From a virus, in the IMG/VR virus record IMGVR_UViG_3300033144_005525, positions 95,402 through 159,401 of that record: DNA of 64,000 nt; one strand, 5' to 3'. Of this stretch, positions 27,220 through 35,857 are shown one piece after another (within the stretch, counting starts at the first letter, position 1; the number at the start of each line of letters is the position of its first letter). Under the pieces are notes generated by a model. That model had not been told where the DNA came from. It saw only the letters and a program-made list of their open reading frames with translations, and did not search any database. The position numbers and the translations under genes are program-made.

Positions 27220-29039
27220 TAGCTCTCTGGATGATGTTGCCTGGTATCTCTCATAGGAGCTATGACGTCTGGCCTCGGGTGTTTAATCATCGAAGCCAGG
27301 AAGCAAAGAAGAACGGAGTGGAAAGAGTCATCCGTCGTCATAGGACTCTTCTTGTAGACGTTCTCTCTGCGTTGCTCAGAATACTCAGAGAAGATGTTGA
27401 GGAAATCGGCTGCGAAGGGGGCCTGGAATTCTTCCCAGCATGGGAATCGGAACACGTTACGACGCTTGATAGCGTTGAAGATGTCCGACATGACCTCTGT
27501 GCGGTTAACCAGGAACCTCTTGAGCCCATCTTCCCATTTCACCTTAGCGTTCGGCGTCGAGTACTGATACTTGGCAATGCGTTGCCATCCGAACTTGCTG
27601 ATGAGCTTGTCGTTGGGCCAGAAGCCTCCGCCGTAATCGCACCCAGCTAGCTGCACCTTCCATCGCTCTATCTCTCTACTTACCAACTCGATCATTATCT
27701 TGGGTTCAGACTCTCGACCCTCGAAACGGTTGATGTAGACGATGGTGAACCGTCCCTGCAGGTAGCACCCAAGAGACAGAATTGTGTACGTGTTCTCTCC
27801 AGTTCCCCAATCGATTCCAGCGTAGATAGGAGTAGAGGCACCGAGATGCCTGATCATCTTCTCCTGGAAAGCTGCAGTGAGGTGAATGTTGGGATCACAG
27901 TTGTCCATGATATCTCGACGTGTAAGCGGTCGAGTACCTGTGTCGTAAGACAACCCCAAAACCTCGTTGTAGAACTTGGGACGTGAGTAAGTTTTCTGCT
28001 TCTGTAGGATCTCATCCCAACCAACCCAAGGGACCATGATCTGAGGGATACGGAAACCCTCATAGGGTTTGGGGATGTACTTGATGACGTCTGGATTCAA
28101 AGAGACCCACTGCGAATCGTCATCCATAGAAGCGATAGGCTTCTCGCAACGATCACATACCAAACCCTCTTTTCCGATGTGGTCCTCAGAGAGAATGTTC
28201 CAGTAAGCCTTGCTGAGGTGGGAACCTGTCTGGATAGCATGCCTATGGCAGGGAACTGCCCACTCGTTCTGGGTCGAATACTCAGTCCAGTAATACTCGA
28301 TTGGATTGTCCAGAGACTTCGGAGTCCCTGAGTACATGAAGATCTTAAAGTGCGAGTGCGATGCACACTCTTCGATAATCGGGATGTTGTCTGTGAGAAT
28401 GTCTTGGAGCTCATCAATACAGATGACGTCGGCAGGGATCCCACGAACACGATCAGCAGACATGTAGCAGTAGCGCAGAGTGATCTGACTACGGTTGATG
28501 AACTTCTTGAGGAAGACGTTGTCGGAGAGCTTGGTAGTGGTCCAGGACTTGAGGTACTCCGAGGTCTCGATGGGCTCCTTGAGCCTGTCCTGAGAGAAAA
28601 CCTTGGTCTGCTGATTGGTGGGAGAGACGTACAGAGCGTTGAGCGCCTGAATGATGCAGGCGTAGGACAACAACTTGTTTCCCAGGAGAGTGGACTTCTC
28701 TACCTGACGTCCGCATTTCAGCAAGGTTCTCTTACTGGACGTATCATATATCTGCCGAAGATACCGGCGACCCTCGAAGCTGAACTGCTCGTAGGTTTGC
28801 TTCAGCTTGTTCGGTAAACGAACAGCGAATTCCACGAAGCTAGAGGGGGATACATCTAGAAGCTCTCCCTGCCTCCGAACTACGTAGTCAACGTCGAACG
28901 ACTCTTCTGGCTCATGTTCGAAGTCCCACTCCTCTGGAAAGTCTGATCCAGAGAAGATGCCGTCGATACCATGTTGGACGATGGGTATCTGCTGCTCTCG
29001 CTCGAAGGCAGCTACGTCCTCAATGATTTCAAAGGCCAT
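27219..29039 (-). CDS. terL: Terminase large subunit (GpA-like)
   Basis: Walker A-like KCGRQVEKST, Walker B ICIDELQD, SGTP coupling motif, and nuclease motifs GIDWG and DDSFHS. Confidence 0.9.
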   Translation of the reverse strand: MAFEIIEDVAAFEREQQIPIVQHGIDGIFSGSDFPEEWDFEHEPEESFDVDYVVRRQGELLDVSPSSFVEFAVRLPNKLKQTYEQFSFEGRRYLRQIYDTSSKRTLLKCGRQVEKSTLLGNKLLSYACIIQALNALYVSPTNQQTKVFSQDRLKEPIETSEYLKSWTTTKLSDNVFLKKFINRSQITLRYCYMSADRVRGIPADVICIDELQDILTDNIPIIEECASHSHFKIFMYSGTPKSLDNPIEYYWTEYSTQNEWAVPCHRHAIQTGSHLSKAYWNILSEDHIGKEGLVCDRCEKPIASMDDDSQWVSLNPDVIKYIPKPYEGFRIPQIMVPWVGWDEILQKQKTYSRPKFYNEVLGLSYDTGTRPLTRRDIMDNCDPNIHLTAAFQEKMIRHLGASTPIYAGIDWGTGENTYTILSLGCYLQGRFTIVYINRFEGRESEPKIMIELVSREIERWKVQLAGCDYGGGFWPNDKLISKFGWQRIAKYQYSTPNAKVKWEDGLKRFLVNRTEVMSDIFNAIKRRNVFRFPCWEEFQAPFAADFLNIFSEYSEQRRENVYKKSPMTTDDSFHSVLLCFLASMIKHPRPDVIAPMRDTRQHHPES

Positions 29040-29075
29040 TGACCACACCTTAACAGAGACCTAGCCTTACAGGGG

Positions 29076-29468
29076 ATGAGTGCTCGTATGTCGTGGGTCC
29101 CTCTACTTGGATCAAGTATCGGAGTAGCAGTTGATGGTGGGTTGGAAGGCTTCACTGTCTCCAACACTATCGATCCTCTACAGAAGACCCTCACCATGGT
29201 CTTTAGCTACCCACTACCAGGAGGTAGTTGGAACCCACTACAGGTCTTAGTACATGGGTTCGCTATGGCTAACGACTGCTCAGTTAACAAGATAAAAAGA
29301 GACGGGAAGAGAACCTACGTAGCTCACATCTCTACGAAGAGGAGACTCGGAGCAGAGATAAACAACAACCCCTTCACTATGGAGAAATGGAAGTCTACCT
29401 CTCAGAGAAAGAAGGAGAAATTCATTCAGATGATGAGAGATAAGGCCAAAGAACTCAGAAGAGGTTAG
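29076..29468 (+). CDS. Hypothetical protein
   Basis: 130-aa ORF tightly upstream of RNase HII. Confidence 0.55.
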   Translation: MSARMSWVPLLGSSIGVAVDGGLEGFTVSNTIDPLQKTLTMVFSYPLPGGSWNPLQVLVHGFAMANDCSVNKIKRDGKRTYVAHISTKRRLGAEINNNPFTMEKWKSTSQRKKEKFIQMMRDKAKELRRG

Positions 29469-29472
29469 ATCA

Positions 29473-30099
29473 ATGAATCAATCAGAAAAATATCGAATGT
29501 ATTCTGACTGTCTAGTGTGTGGAATAGATGAAGTAGGGAGAGGTAGTTTAGCTGGACCTCTTCTTGCTGTAGCTGCTCTGTTCAAAACGAAGGAAGTAGG
29601 AGTACCTGGAGTAGATGATTCCAAGAAACTAAGTCCAGGAAGAAGATTGAAATTATTTCGATTGATTCTCTGGAGTCCTCAACTAGTTGACTTCGGAATA
29701 GGGGAGGTAAGTTCTGGAGAGATAGAGAAGGTAGGGATTAACCACGCAAATATCCTGGCCTTCCAACGAGCTGTAGAAGCTCTGCCTCAGAGACCAAACC
29801 TCCTGATCGTAGATGGAGACGTAGGAGTTCCTGGCTGGGGACCAGATAACCAAATAGTCGAACCCAAGGCTGATGGAAACTACCCTGTCGTAAGTGCTGC
29901 CAGTATCCTGGCGAAGGTGATCAGAGACTCCTACATGGAGGAACTAGATTCTCTGGTACCTGGATATCGCTGGAAGAAGAACAAGGGGTACGGAACGAAG
30001 GACCACGTACAGGCTCTACAATCTCTAGGGCCTTCCCGTTTCCACAGACCTCAGTTCATCGGTAAGATAGTTTCACCACAGACAGGATGGAGCCTCTGA
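29473..30099 (+). CDS. rnhB: Ribonuclease HII
   Basis: GIDEVGRGSLAGP, DDSKKL, IVDG, KADG, SAASILAKVIRD, KGYGT and HR motifs. Confidence 0.95.
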   Translation: MNQSEKYRMYSDCLVCGIDEVGRGSLAGPLLAVAALFKTKEVGVPGVDDSKKLSPGRRLKLFRLILWSPQLVDFGIGEVSSGEIEKVGINHANILAFQRAVEALPQRPNLLIVDGDVGVPGWGPDNQIVEPKADGNYPVVSAASILAKVIRDSYMEELDSLVPGYRWKKNKGYGTKDHVQALQSLGPSRFHRPQFIGKIVSPQTGWSL

Positions 30100-30527
30100 T
30101 GACTATGCAATACGAGCTGGACGTAGCCCGAACCAAACGACTCGAAGCTGAAAGGGAAGTCCAGAAACTGAGAGAGCGAGTAGGGTTGGGTCGCTCCGAC
30201 GAAGACTTCAAGAAACTGGAGAAGAAGATACAGCGTCAGGAGGCAGAGCTCGATCGTCGAGATCCCAAGAAGATGTTGGCTCTGGTTAGAAGAGTTGGAG
30301 AACTTGAGACAGAGCTCAAGAATACCATCGGAGAGTTCGATACTCAGACCAAGAAGCTCTGGGAAACTGCGGTAGATCTGAAGGCGAAAGAGCTCGAGCT
30401 TCAGGAAGCTCTACTACAAGTGACTCTCTGGAAGGACAAAGCTGAGAACCCACCAGTCCCTCTAACGGCTAGGGAGAGTCACCAGCAGGACATCAGTAGG
30501 ACGAAGATCCGTAAATCTCAGCGTTAG
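30087..30527 (+). CDS. Coiled-coil hypothetical protein
   Basis: Heptad-rich charged sequence overlapping the rnhB stop codon. Confidence 0.65.
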   Translation: MEPLMTMQYELDVARTKRLEAEREVQKLRERVGLGRSDEDFKKLEKKIQRQEAELDRRDPKKMLALVRRVGELETELKNTIGEFDTQTKKLWETAVDLKAKELELQEALLQVTLWKDKAENPPVPLTARESHQQDISRTKIRKSQR

Positions 30528-30718
30528 TTTCCAGGGCTCCACGAGTGCTCTAAGTTCAGAGCTGGGTGTGGACCACGCTTCGGAGTTTTGCTGGCGTTAT
30601 CCAGCTCCTCGACGAAGTGGGTACGGTCCAAGGTCACTTCTCCAGATAGCTTGGGTTTCTTCTCGGCGATTTTGGTGAGCTCGTCCGAGAAGGAGAGCAT
30701 GGCGATCAGATGGATCAC
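30524..30718 (-). CDS. Small protein with an FSDELTKIA leader
   Basis: GTGA overlap with the upstream gene; best match to the shared leader motif. Confidence 0.65.
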   Translation of the reverse strand: MIHLIAMLSFSDELTKIAEKKPKLSGEVTLDRTHFVEELDNASKTPKRGPHPALNLEHSWSPGN

Positions 30719-31215
30719 TGCTCCAATCTTCCCTGAAGGTTAGCGAACACCCTGTCCGACATTTCTTCGGCAAGTGGGTTGTCTCCGAACCCTGTTGCTC
30801 TCACCACCCAGGAGTTCAGCTCCGGGACGAAGTCCCAACAGAGCTTGTCCTCCTGCTTGATTTCGTCGAGGAATGCTTGAGCAAGCGCACTGGAGAAGGC
30901 ATCCCCAAACACCCAGATGTATTCCCTCTTAGTGCCATTCTGAATGGCTTCCTCATCACCCATAGTCATGAGGACGTTGTACTTGTCGTCTGGTGTGGGC
31001 CAGAAGTGGAAGATGAGATCTCCTTCCACTCTTCCGACCTCTCCCGTGTAGGAGGCGTGCTCTATCTTGGAGAACGTGACTCCTACTAGGGGGTGGTCTC
31101 CGCCTTTGGATAGTTCGACATCTAGCTTCGATACTTCGGGTTGCCCTCTATCCACCAGGTCGTCCCACTCAGCTCTCTGCTTCTTTGCCCAGTCGTAGTT
31201 CTCTTCTATCGACAT
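30715..31215 (-). CDS. Acidic hypothetical protein
   Basis: 166-aa ORF abutting both neighbours. Confidence 0.7.
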   Translation of the reverse strand: MSIEENYDWAKKQRAEWDDLVDRGQPEVSKLDVELSKGGDHPLVGVTFSKIEHASYTGEVGRVEGDLIFHFWPTPDDKYNVLMTMGDEEAIQNGTKREYIWVFGDAFSSALAQAFLDEIKQEDKLCWDFVPELNSWVVRATGFGDNPLAEEMSDRVFANLQGRLEQ

Positions 31216-32091
31216 CTATCCAGCCTCTTTTTTTGGTGCAGGTAGCTCTTTGAGATCCATACCGGAATCAGTGAACTCCCCATGCGGGGCCACCTCTTCT
31301 ATGCTCTTAACCACGCCCTGGGAGTGCTTCATACGGAACTGCTCGAACGCTTTGAGGGACTCTCTCAGAGCACTGTCAGCTTCGGACAACCTAACATCCA
31401 CTGAGGTTGCAGCCTTAGCCAACTTAGTCAAAGCGGTGGTTTTGTCCCTTGATCTAGGCTGCTCTTTCCAATCTCTGAAGTCGAAGTAGAGAGCCTCCTG
31501 CATCTCGCGGAGGATTTCCTTAGTCTCCAGGTTCTGTCCGAACCCATTGACGTGTAGGGCCATAGCAGGTCCGTTCTGTAGGACAGCTATGGATTTGGAT
31601 TGGATGGATTTGTCGTACTCCTCGAAGAAATCTACCCAGTCTTGTGTCTTGAGTAGTGGGCAGTTCCAATAGTAGTGCGCGTACGTTTGGATCATGCCTT
31701 CCGTGAAGTAGGCATTCATCCTTCCGTTGACTTTTTTTGCCACATCCTTCGGATCCAAACGACCCAAAAGAAGTTGCTCCACCAATCTTCTCACCCTGAA
31801 ATTGGGGAGGATGGACGAGGCAGCCTTCACCTTGTCATCTGGATTGTGGAGAGACCACACACCTGCATTGCGTAGGAATCGAACGGAGGGACGGTTGTAC
31901 CGATCAATAGGGTCGTAGTTGACTGGAAGATCTACGTACAGGGCTTCTCGTAGGTTGGAGATGTACACCGCGTCTGGTGCAGGGAACCCCAGGGTCTGTA
32001 CTGCCATTCGAATCCAGTCGTCCTTCTGGGCGTCTGGGCTCTTAAGGGTCAGTAGATACTTGACGAAGTATTCACTGGGGTGGCGCTTCAT
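31216..32091 (-). CDS. Helical hypothetical protein (terminase small subunit candidate)
   Basis: 291-aa ORF with a C-terminal coiled region, upstream of terL on the same strand; the function is a positional guess. Confidence 0.5.
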   Translation of the reverse strand: MKRHPSEYFVKYLLTLKSPDAQKDDWIRMAVQTLGFPAPDAVYISNLREALYVDLPVNYDPIDRYNRPSVRFLRNAGVWSLHNPDDKVKAASSILPNFRVRRLVEQLLLGRLDPKDVAKKVNGRMNAYFTEGMIQTYAHYYWNCPLLKTQDWVDFFEEYDKSIQSKSIAVLQNGPAMALHVNGFGQNLETKEILREMQEALYFDFRDWKEQPRSRDKTTALTKLAKAATSVDVRLSEADSALRESLKAFEQFRMKHSQGVVKSIEEVAPHGEFTDSGMDLKELPAPKKEAG

Positions 32092-32095
32092 GTTT

Positions 32096-34372
32096 CTACT
32101 TTAGCGTCAATCGAGGCAGAGTCGTAAGCCCAGTACCACTGCGCTGCAGACCTACGGCAATGAGGGCTCCAATGAGAGCTCCTCTCGCTACACCAGACAC
32201 GCCCTTCTCGAAGATGCTGGTGTCTCCTCGTTCGTTAGGTTTTGAGCCCTTAGCGGCTCCCAACAAACCACCCAGTACTGCTCCCCACCTGCCTCCGACC
32301 AGAGCAGCCTCCAGAGCTGTGCCTACTGCTCCTGTTTTGACTAGGTCACTGACGAACGAAACAGTGGCGACCTCAGCAGCTGTCTTCTTTTTGGACAGAA
32401 ACTCCTTCTTGAACCGCTCGAGCGTGACTTCTCGGACCTTGCCCATCTCGTCCTTGCCTTGGTGCTGCAGGTAGGACTTCTTGGCCTCCTCTTTTGAGTC
32501 GTAGCCAAGCATGATCTTGTTCTCGTCGAAGCTGTCGTCTGAGCTACGCAGCTTCTCCAGGACGAAGACTTTGATGCTATCTCGGTTGGGGCCGATGTAG
32601 ACGTCCAGCTCCTCTCCGTCGGCATCCATGACTCCACGGACGTATCCATAGTCCGCCTTCATCTTCTTGTCGTAGTCGATGGTACCTGTGGATTTCTTCT
32701 TGAGTGGATCGTGGTTGAAGTACTTGCGAGTCTCGCCCTTACGCCACTCCAGACTGAGGGGAATACCATGAAGGGTAAGCTTCTCTTTGACCGGATCGTT
32801 GGCGGTCTTCTCCTTGAGCCTTTTCTTAGCTGCCTGGCGAGCCTCATACTCCCGGCGCTTCTGTGGGTGCTTCATGAAGTACTCGAGCATGTCTCCGTTG
32901 GCGACCTTATCGAAGTCAATCGATTTAGATCCAGTGATCTTCGCATTTCTGGTAGCTATCGATAAACGCTTCCTGAAACCGGGATCGTTCAACTTGCTCT
33001 TCAGTTCTTGAGCACCTCTATCTTGCCAACGGGACAAAGGAGTACTTTTAGCCGCCATGCTGGGAGCACTGACAGGGTTTGGTGAGTCTCCCATGTTGGA
33101 CTTTGGTGGATCTACAGGAGTAGGTGGAGGCATAGAAACAGGAGCCACACCAGATGTCTTCTCCTTCATCATCCTCTTCACACCCTCTCGAGCGATCAGA
33201 GCACCTAGAGCTGCAGTCCCAACGCCTATGGAGAACCGTCCAGGGTTCTTACGGACGTAGCTGGGGAAGGCAGGGGCTAGTTCCCTCAGGTTTCGGAGAC
33301 GGCTACGCCCTTTACCTCCGTGGATGTACTTTGAGGGAACATCTTTAGATGTTCGAGACGCACGGTCCTTTGAAGACTTGCTTCCCCAGTCAGTGTCTGT
33401 TTTGAATTCGGTGTCGTACATGCCCATGGGGACATCTACTTTGACTATGTTTTTCCTTCTACTCCACGCCTCTCTTACGACTCTCCTTGCTAGTTCAGGA
33501 GTCATGGTGCCGGATGCGGCAGAGGTATTGAGGGATTTCAAAACATCGGGAGGCAGGGTGAATATATGAGCGACGTTGCGCTGACCGGTGAGATGCACTT
33601 TGCCTTTTGAGTGCTTACCGAATTTCTTGTGTATCGAAGCAGCACCCTCACCCCCTCTAGAAGCCTTGAGCCCCTCTCGCTTGATCTTTTCCACTGTCTT
33701 GGGATCAGCCGTACCGTGGTAGAGCTTCTTGTATCCCAACAGACGGGCACGGGTTCCAGAACCTGCGGCCAGGCTGGCTCCCTCGGCGGCTAAAATACCA
33801 CCGGATAGGAGCTCACGATCTTCTGCGGTCTTCTCTTTGGACTTCGGCTTCACCAGCACTCCCCACCTCTTCATGAGCTTGTGGGGAGGAGCCATAGCTC
33901 GGTCCCACCAGATCTTCTCAAGCTTCTCTTCAGAGAGCACACGCCAGTTGGGGATAGCTGTCTTGCCCTTGGTATTAGGATCCATGACGATGAATCCCTT
34001 GCCCGGCTTGAAGCCTGTGATGACGATGTAGTGACCCTTGCCCGGATAGTTGAAGCTTTGGATGTCCGCAATGATCGGGACCCCTTGCTTCAGCGTCTTC
34101 TTTGCTTCCTCAAGCGATGAAAACGAACCCTCGCTGGCGTCGAAACCGAGCTTGCGAGCACCTTCAACGATGTCGGTAGTCTCAGCCCCACGCCCTTCCC
34201 GTGCACCGATAGCTTTAACGATTTCTTCCTCTGAGATTTCGATCCCATAGTGCTGAAGGACCGATTTGAGTGTACCCGCAGAGCAAGACCACTCCGTCTT
34301 CTGCTGGTATGCGTCGACTTGAGCCGTCTTCGTGAACTCAATAGATCTCCTATGTATCTCAGAGAGGTTCAT
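32096..34372 (-). CDS. Multidomain polyprotein: C39-like peptidase, ART-like domain, pyrophosphatase-like domain and glycine zipper
   Basis: QQKTEWSC...GHYIVITG...VMDP; LYHGT...IKREGL...VHLT; YGYVRGVMDADGEELDVYIG...DENKIMLG; the modules are bounded by K-x-A/S/G motifs. Confidence 0.8.
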   Translation of the reverse strand: MNLSEIHRRSIEFTKTAQVDAYQQKTEWSCSAGTLKSVLQHYGIEISEEEIVKAIGAREGRGAETTDIVEGARKLGFDASEGSFSSLEEAKKTLKQGVPIIADIQSFNYPGKGHYIVITGFKPGKGFIVMDPNTKGKTAIPNWRVLSEEKLEKIWWDRAMAPPHKLMKRWGVLVKPKSKEKTAEDRELLSGGILAAEGASLAAGSGTRARLLGYKKLYHGTADPKTVEKIKREGLKASRGGEGAASIHKKFGKHSKGKVHLTGQRNVAHIFTLPPDVLKSLNTSAASGTMTPELARRVVREAWSRRKNIVKVDVPMGMYDTEFKTDTDWGSKSSKDRASRTSKDVPSKYIHGGKGRSRLRNLRELAPAFPSYVRKNPGRFSIGVGTAALGALIAREGVKRMMKEKTSGVAPVSMPPPTPVDPPKSNMGDSPNPVSAPSMAAKSTPLSRWQDRGAQELKSKLNDPGFRKRLSIATRNAKITGSKSIDFDKVANGDMLEYFMKHPQKRREYEARQAAKKRLKEKTANDPVKEKLTLHGIPLSLEWRKGETRKYFNHDPLKKKSTGTIDYDKKMKADYGYVRGVMDADGEELDVYIGPNRDSIKVFVLEKLRSSDDSFDENKIMLGYDSKEEAKKSYLQHQGKDEMGKVREVTLERFKKEFLSKKKTAAEVATVSFVSDLVKTGAVGTALEAALVGGRWGAVLGGLLGAAKGSKPNERGDTSIFEKGVSGVARGALIGALIAVGLQRSGTGLTTLPRLTLK

Positions 34373-35836
34373 CTAATACGTCTCCTCGGAGGGGAGTAGA
34401 TCTTTGAACTGATCTATCAAACCCTGTTTCTGCTTCGACAGCGTGGTCAGATACTCATCGGCCCCTGTACCTGGTTTACGGATCTTTGATTTCTCCAACA
34501 GGCCATGCTCAGGAAGAATGGCTAAGTACCTCTGCACGTGAACAACTCTCTTGTTCTTTGGGAGGTGAGAATGGCTTTTGTAGCGGATACCACGTCCCTC
34601 TACTTGACGAATCTTCTCCTGATTCCAATGAGGCTCCATGACCTGGATCATGCTAGTGCCCTTAAGGTCAAGTCCTTCTCCTCCAGCAGAGGATAAGAGC
34701 AGGACTCTGTTCTTGCCTTCATTGAAGTTCTGGACCATTTGATCTCGGTCCCTCTTCTTCATCTTACCGGTGAACTCACCGTAAGGGATCTTGGCTGAGT
34801 TCAACCGCTTCTTGTACGGATCTAAGCCAGCTTGTATGTAATTCGAATAGACAACGACTCGACCATACGGGTCTTTGAGCTCTTTCTTCAGGTTACCGAA
34901 AGCGGCCTGAATTTTAGCTTCGTGCGACGTCTTATCTTCTTTGATGTACGGGGCAGTACTCAAAGACACCTGACGAAGACCAGTCATGAACGCGTTGAGG
35001 TCCCTAGATTCCTGCTTAGAGGGAGGTAGATTGTTCCTGACTTTGAATCGAACCCAAGCCGGAGCCTTCTTGATGATGGAGTTGTATATCTCCCTCTGCT
35101 CCTTAGTCATGGGGACTTTGACGTCTGATCGTTCTACTAGTGGGAAATTCTCCTCACCTCTGGGGTGATGGTCTATCCACTTTTCGAACGATGCTCGTAT
35201 CTCCTCCTCCATCTTGGGATCGAGCTCTGTCACAGAGCCTGGCCGAATACCTTTCAACGTCCCCCAAAACCCTGGGCCTACTTTCCGTTCCCGTGTGTAC
35301 CGCTTTTTGAATTCAACAGGGTCGTTGGGGAATACGTTCTCCCCCGCGGCTATGTTGACTAGCGGAGCGATGTCGGACGGCCTGTTGTAGAAGGGACTGG
35401 CCGTCATCAACATACGTTTTTTAGACTTATTGTCTCTCAGTACTCGGAACCCCTTGGTGTGGGTCTCCCGAATACGATGGGCCTCATCAACTACCAACAC
35501 CTCCTCAACTGGAGGCTGTCCACTGACTGTCACCTTCTGTAGGGACAGCAAGTCAGGATTAGGAGTGCCTCCGGTTGTGTGCTTCTTCAGCTCCTTCTCA
35601 TAGTTCTTGATCAAAGAGGCAGGAGCTACAACTACTGAAGGCTTACCCAAAGCATCCAAAGCCGCTATGGAAGTTAGGGTTTTTCCAGACCCCAATTCAT
35701 GGGCGATCAACAAACCAGGCTGATCTTCTTTGGTTATTCGATCTACGACTCTCTTTTGATGAGGCTGTAGCTTAGTTTTTACCTTTGCGTACTTCCGCAA
35801 AAGCTGCATCCCATCGCGTATGCCTGCAAAGTCCAC
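34373..35836 (-). CDS. SNF2-like SF2 helicase/ATPase
   Basis: HELGSGKT, VVDEAH, MTASP, AGGEGLDL and WN...QVEGRGIR motifs. Confidence 0.9.
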   Translation of the reverse strand: MDFAGIRDGMQLLRKYAKVKTKLQPHQKRVVDRITKEDQPGLLIAHELGSGKTLTSIAALDALGKPSVVVAPASLIKNYEKELKKHTTGGTPNPDLLSLQKVTVSGQPPVEEVLVVDEAHRIRETHTKGFRVLRDNKSKKRMLMTASPFYNRPSDIAPLVNIAAGENVFPNDPVEFKKRYTRERKVGPGFWGTLKGIRPGSVTELDPKMEEEIRASFEKWIDHHPRGEENFPLVERSDVKVPMTKEQREIYNSIIKKAPAWVRFKVRNNLPPSKQESRDLNAFMTGLRQVSLSTAPYIKEDKTSHEAKIQAAFGNLKKELKDPYGRVVVYSNYIQAGLDPYKKRLNSAKIPYGEFTGKMKKRDRDQMVQNFNEGKNRVLLLSSAGGEGLDLKGTSMIQVMEPHWNQEKIRQVEGRGIRYKSHSHLPKNKRVVHVQRYLAILPEHGLLEKSKIRKPGTGADEYLTTLSKQKQGLIDQFKDLLPSEETY

Positions 35837-35857
35837 GAAGCGGCTTCCTATCCTTCG

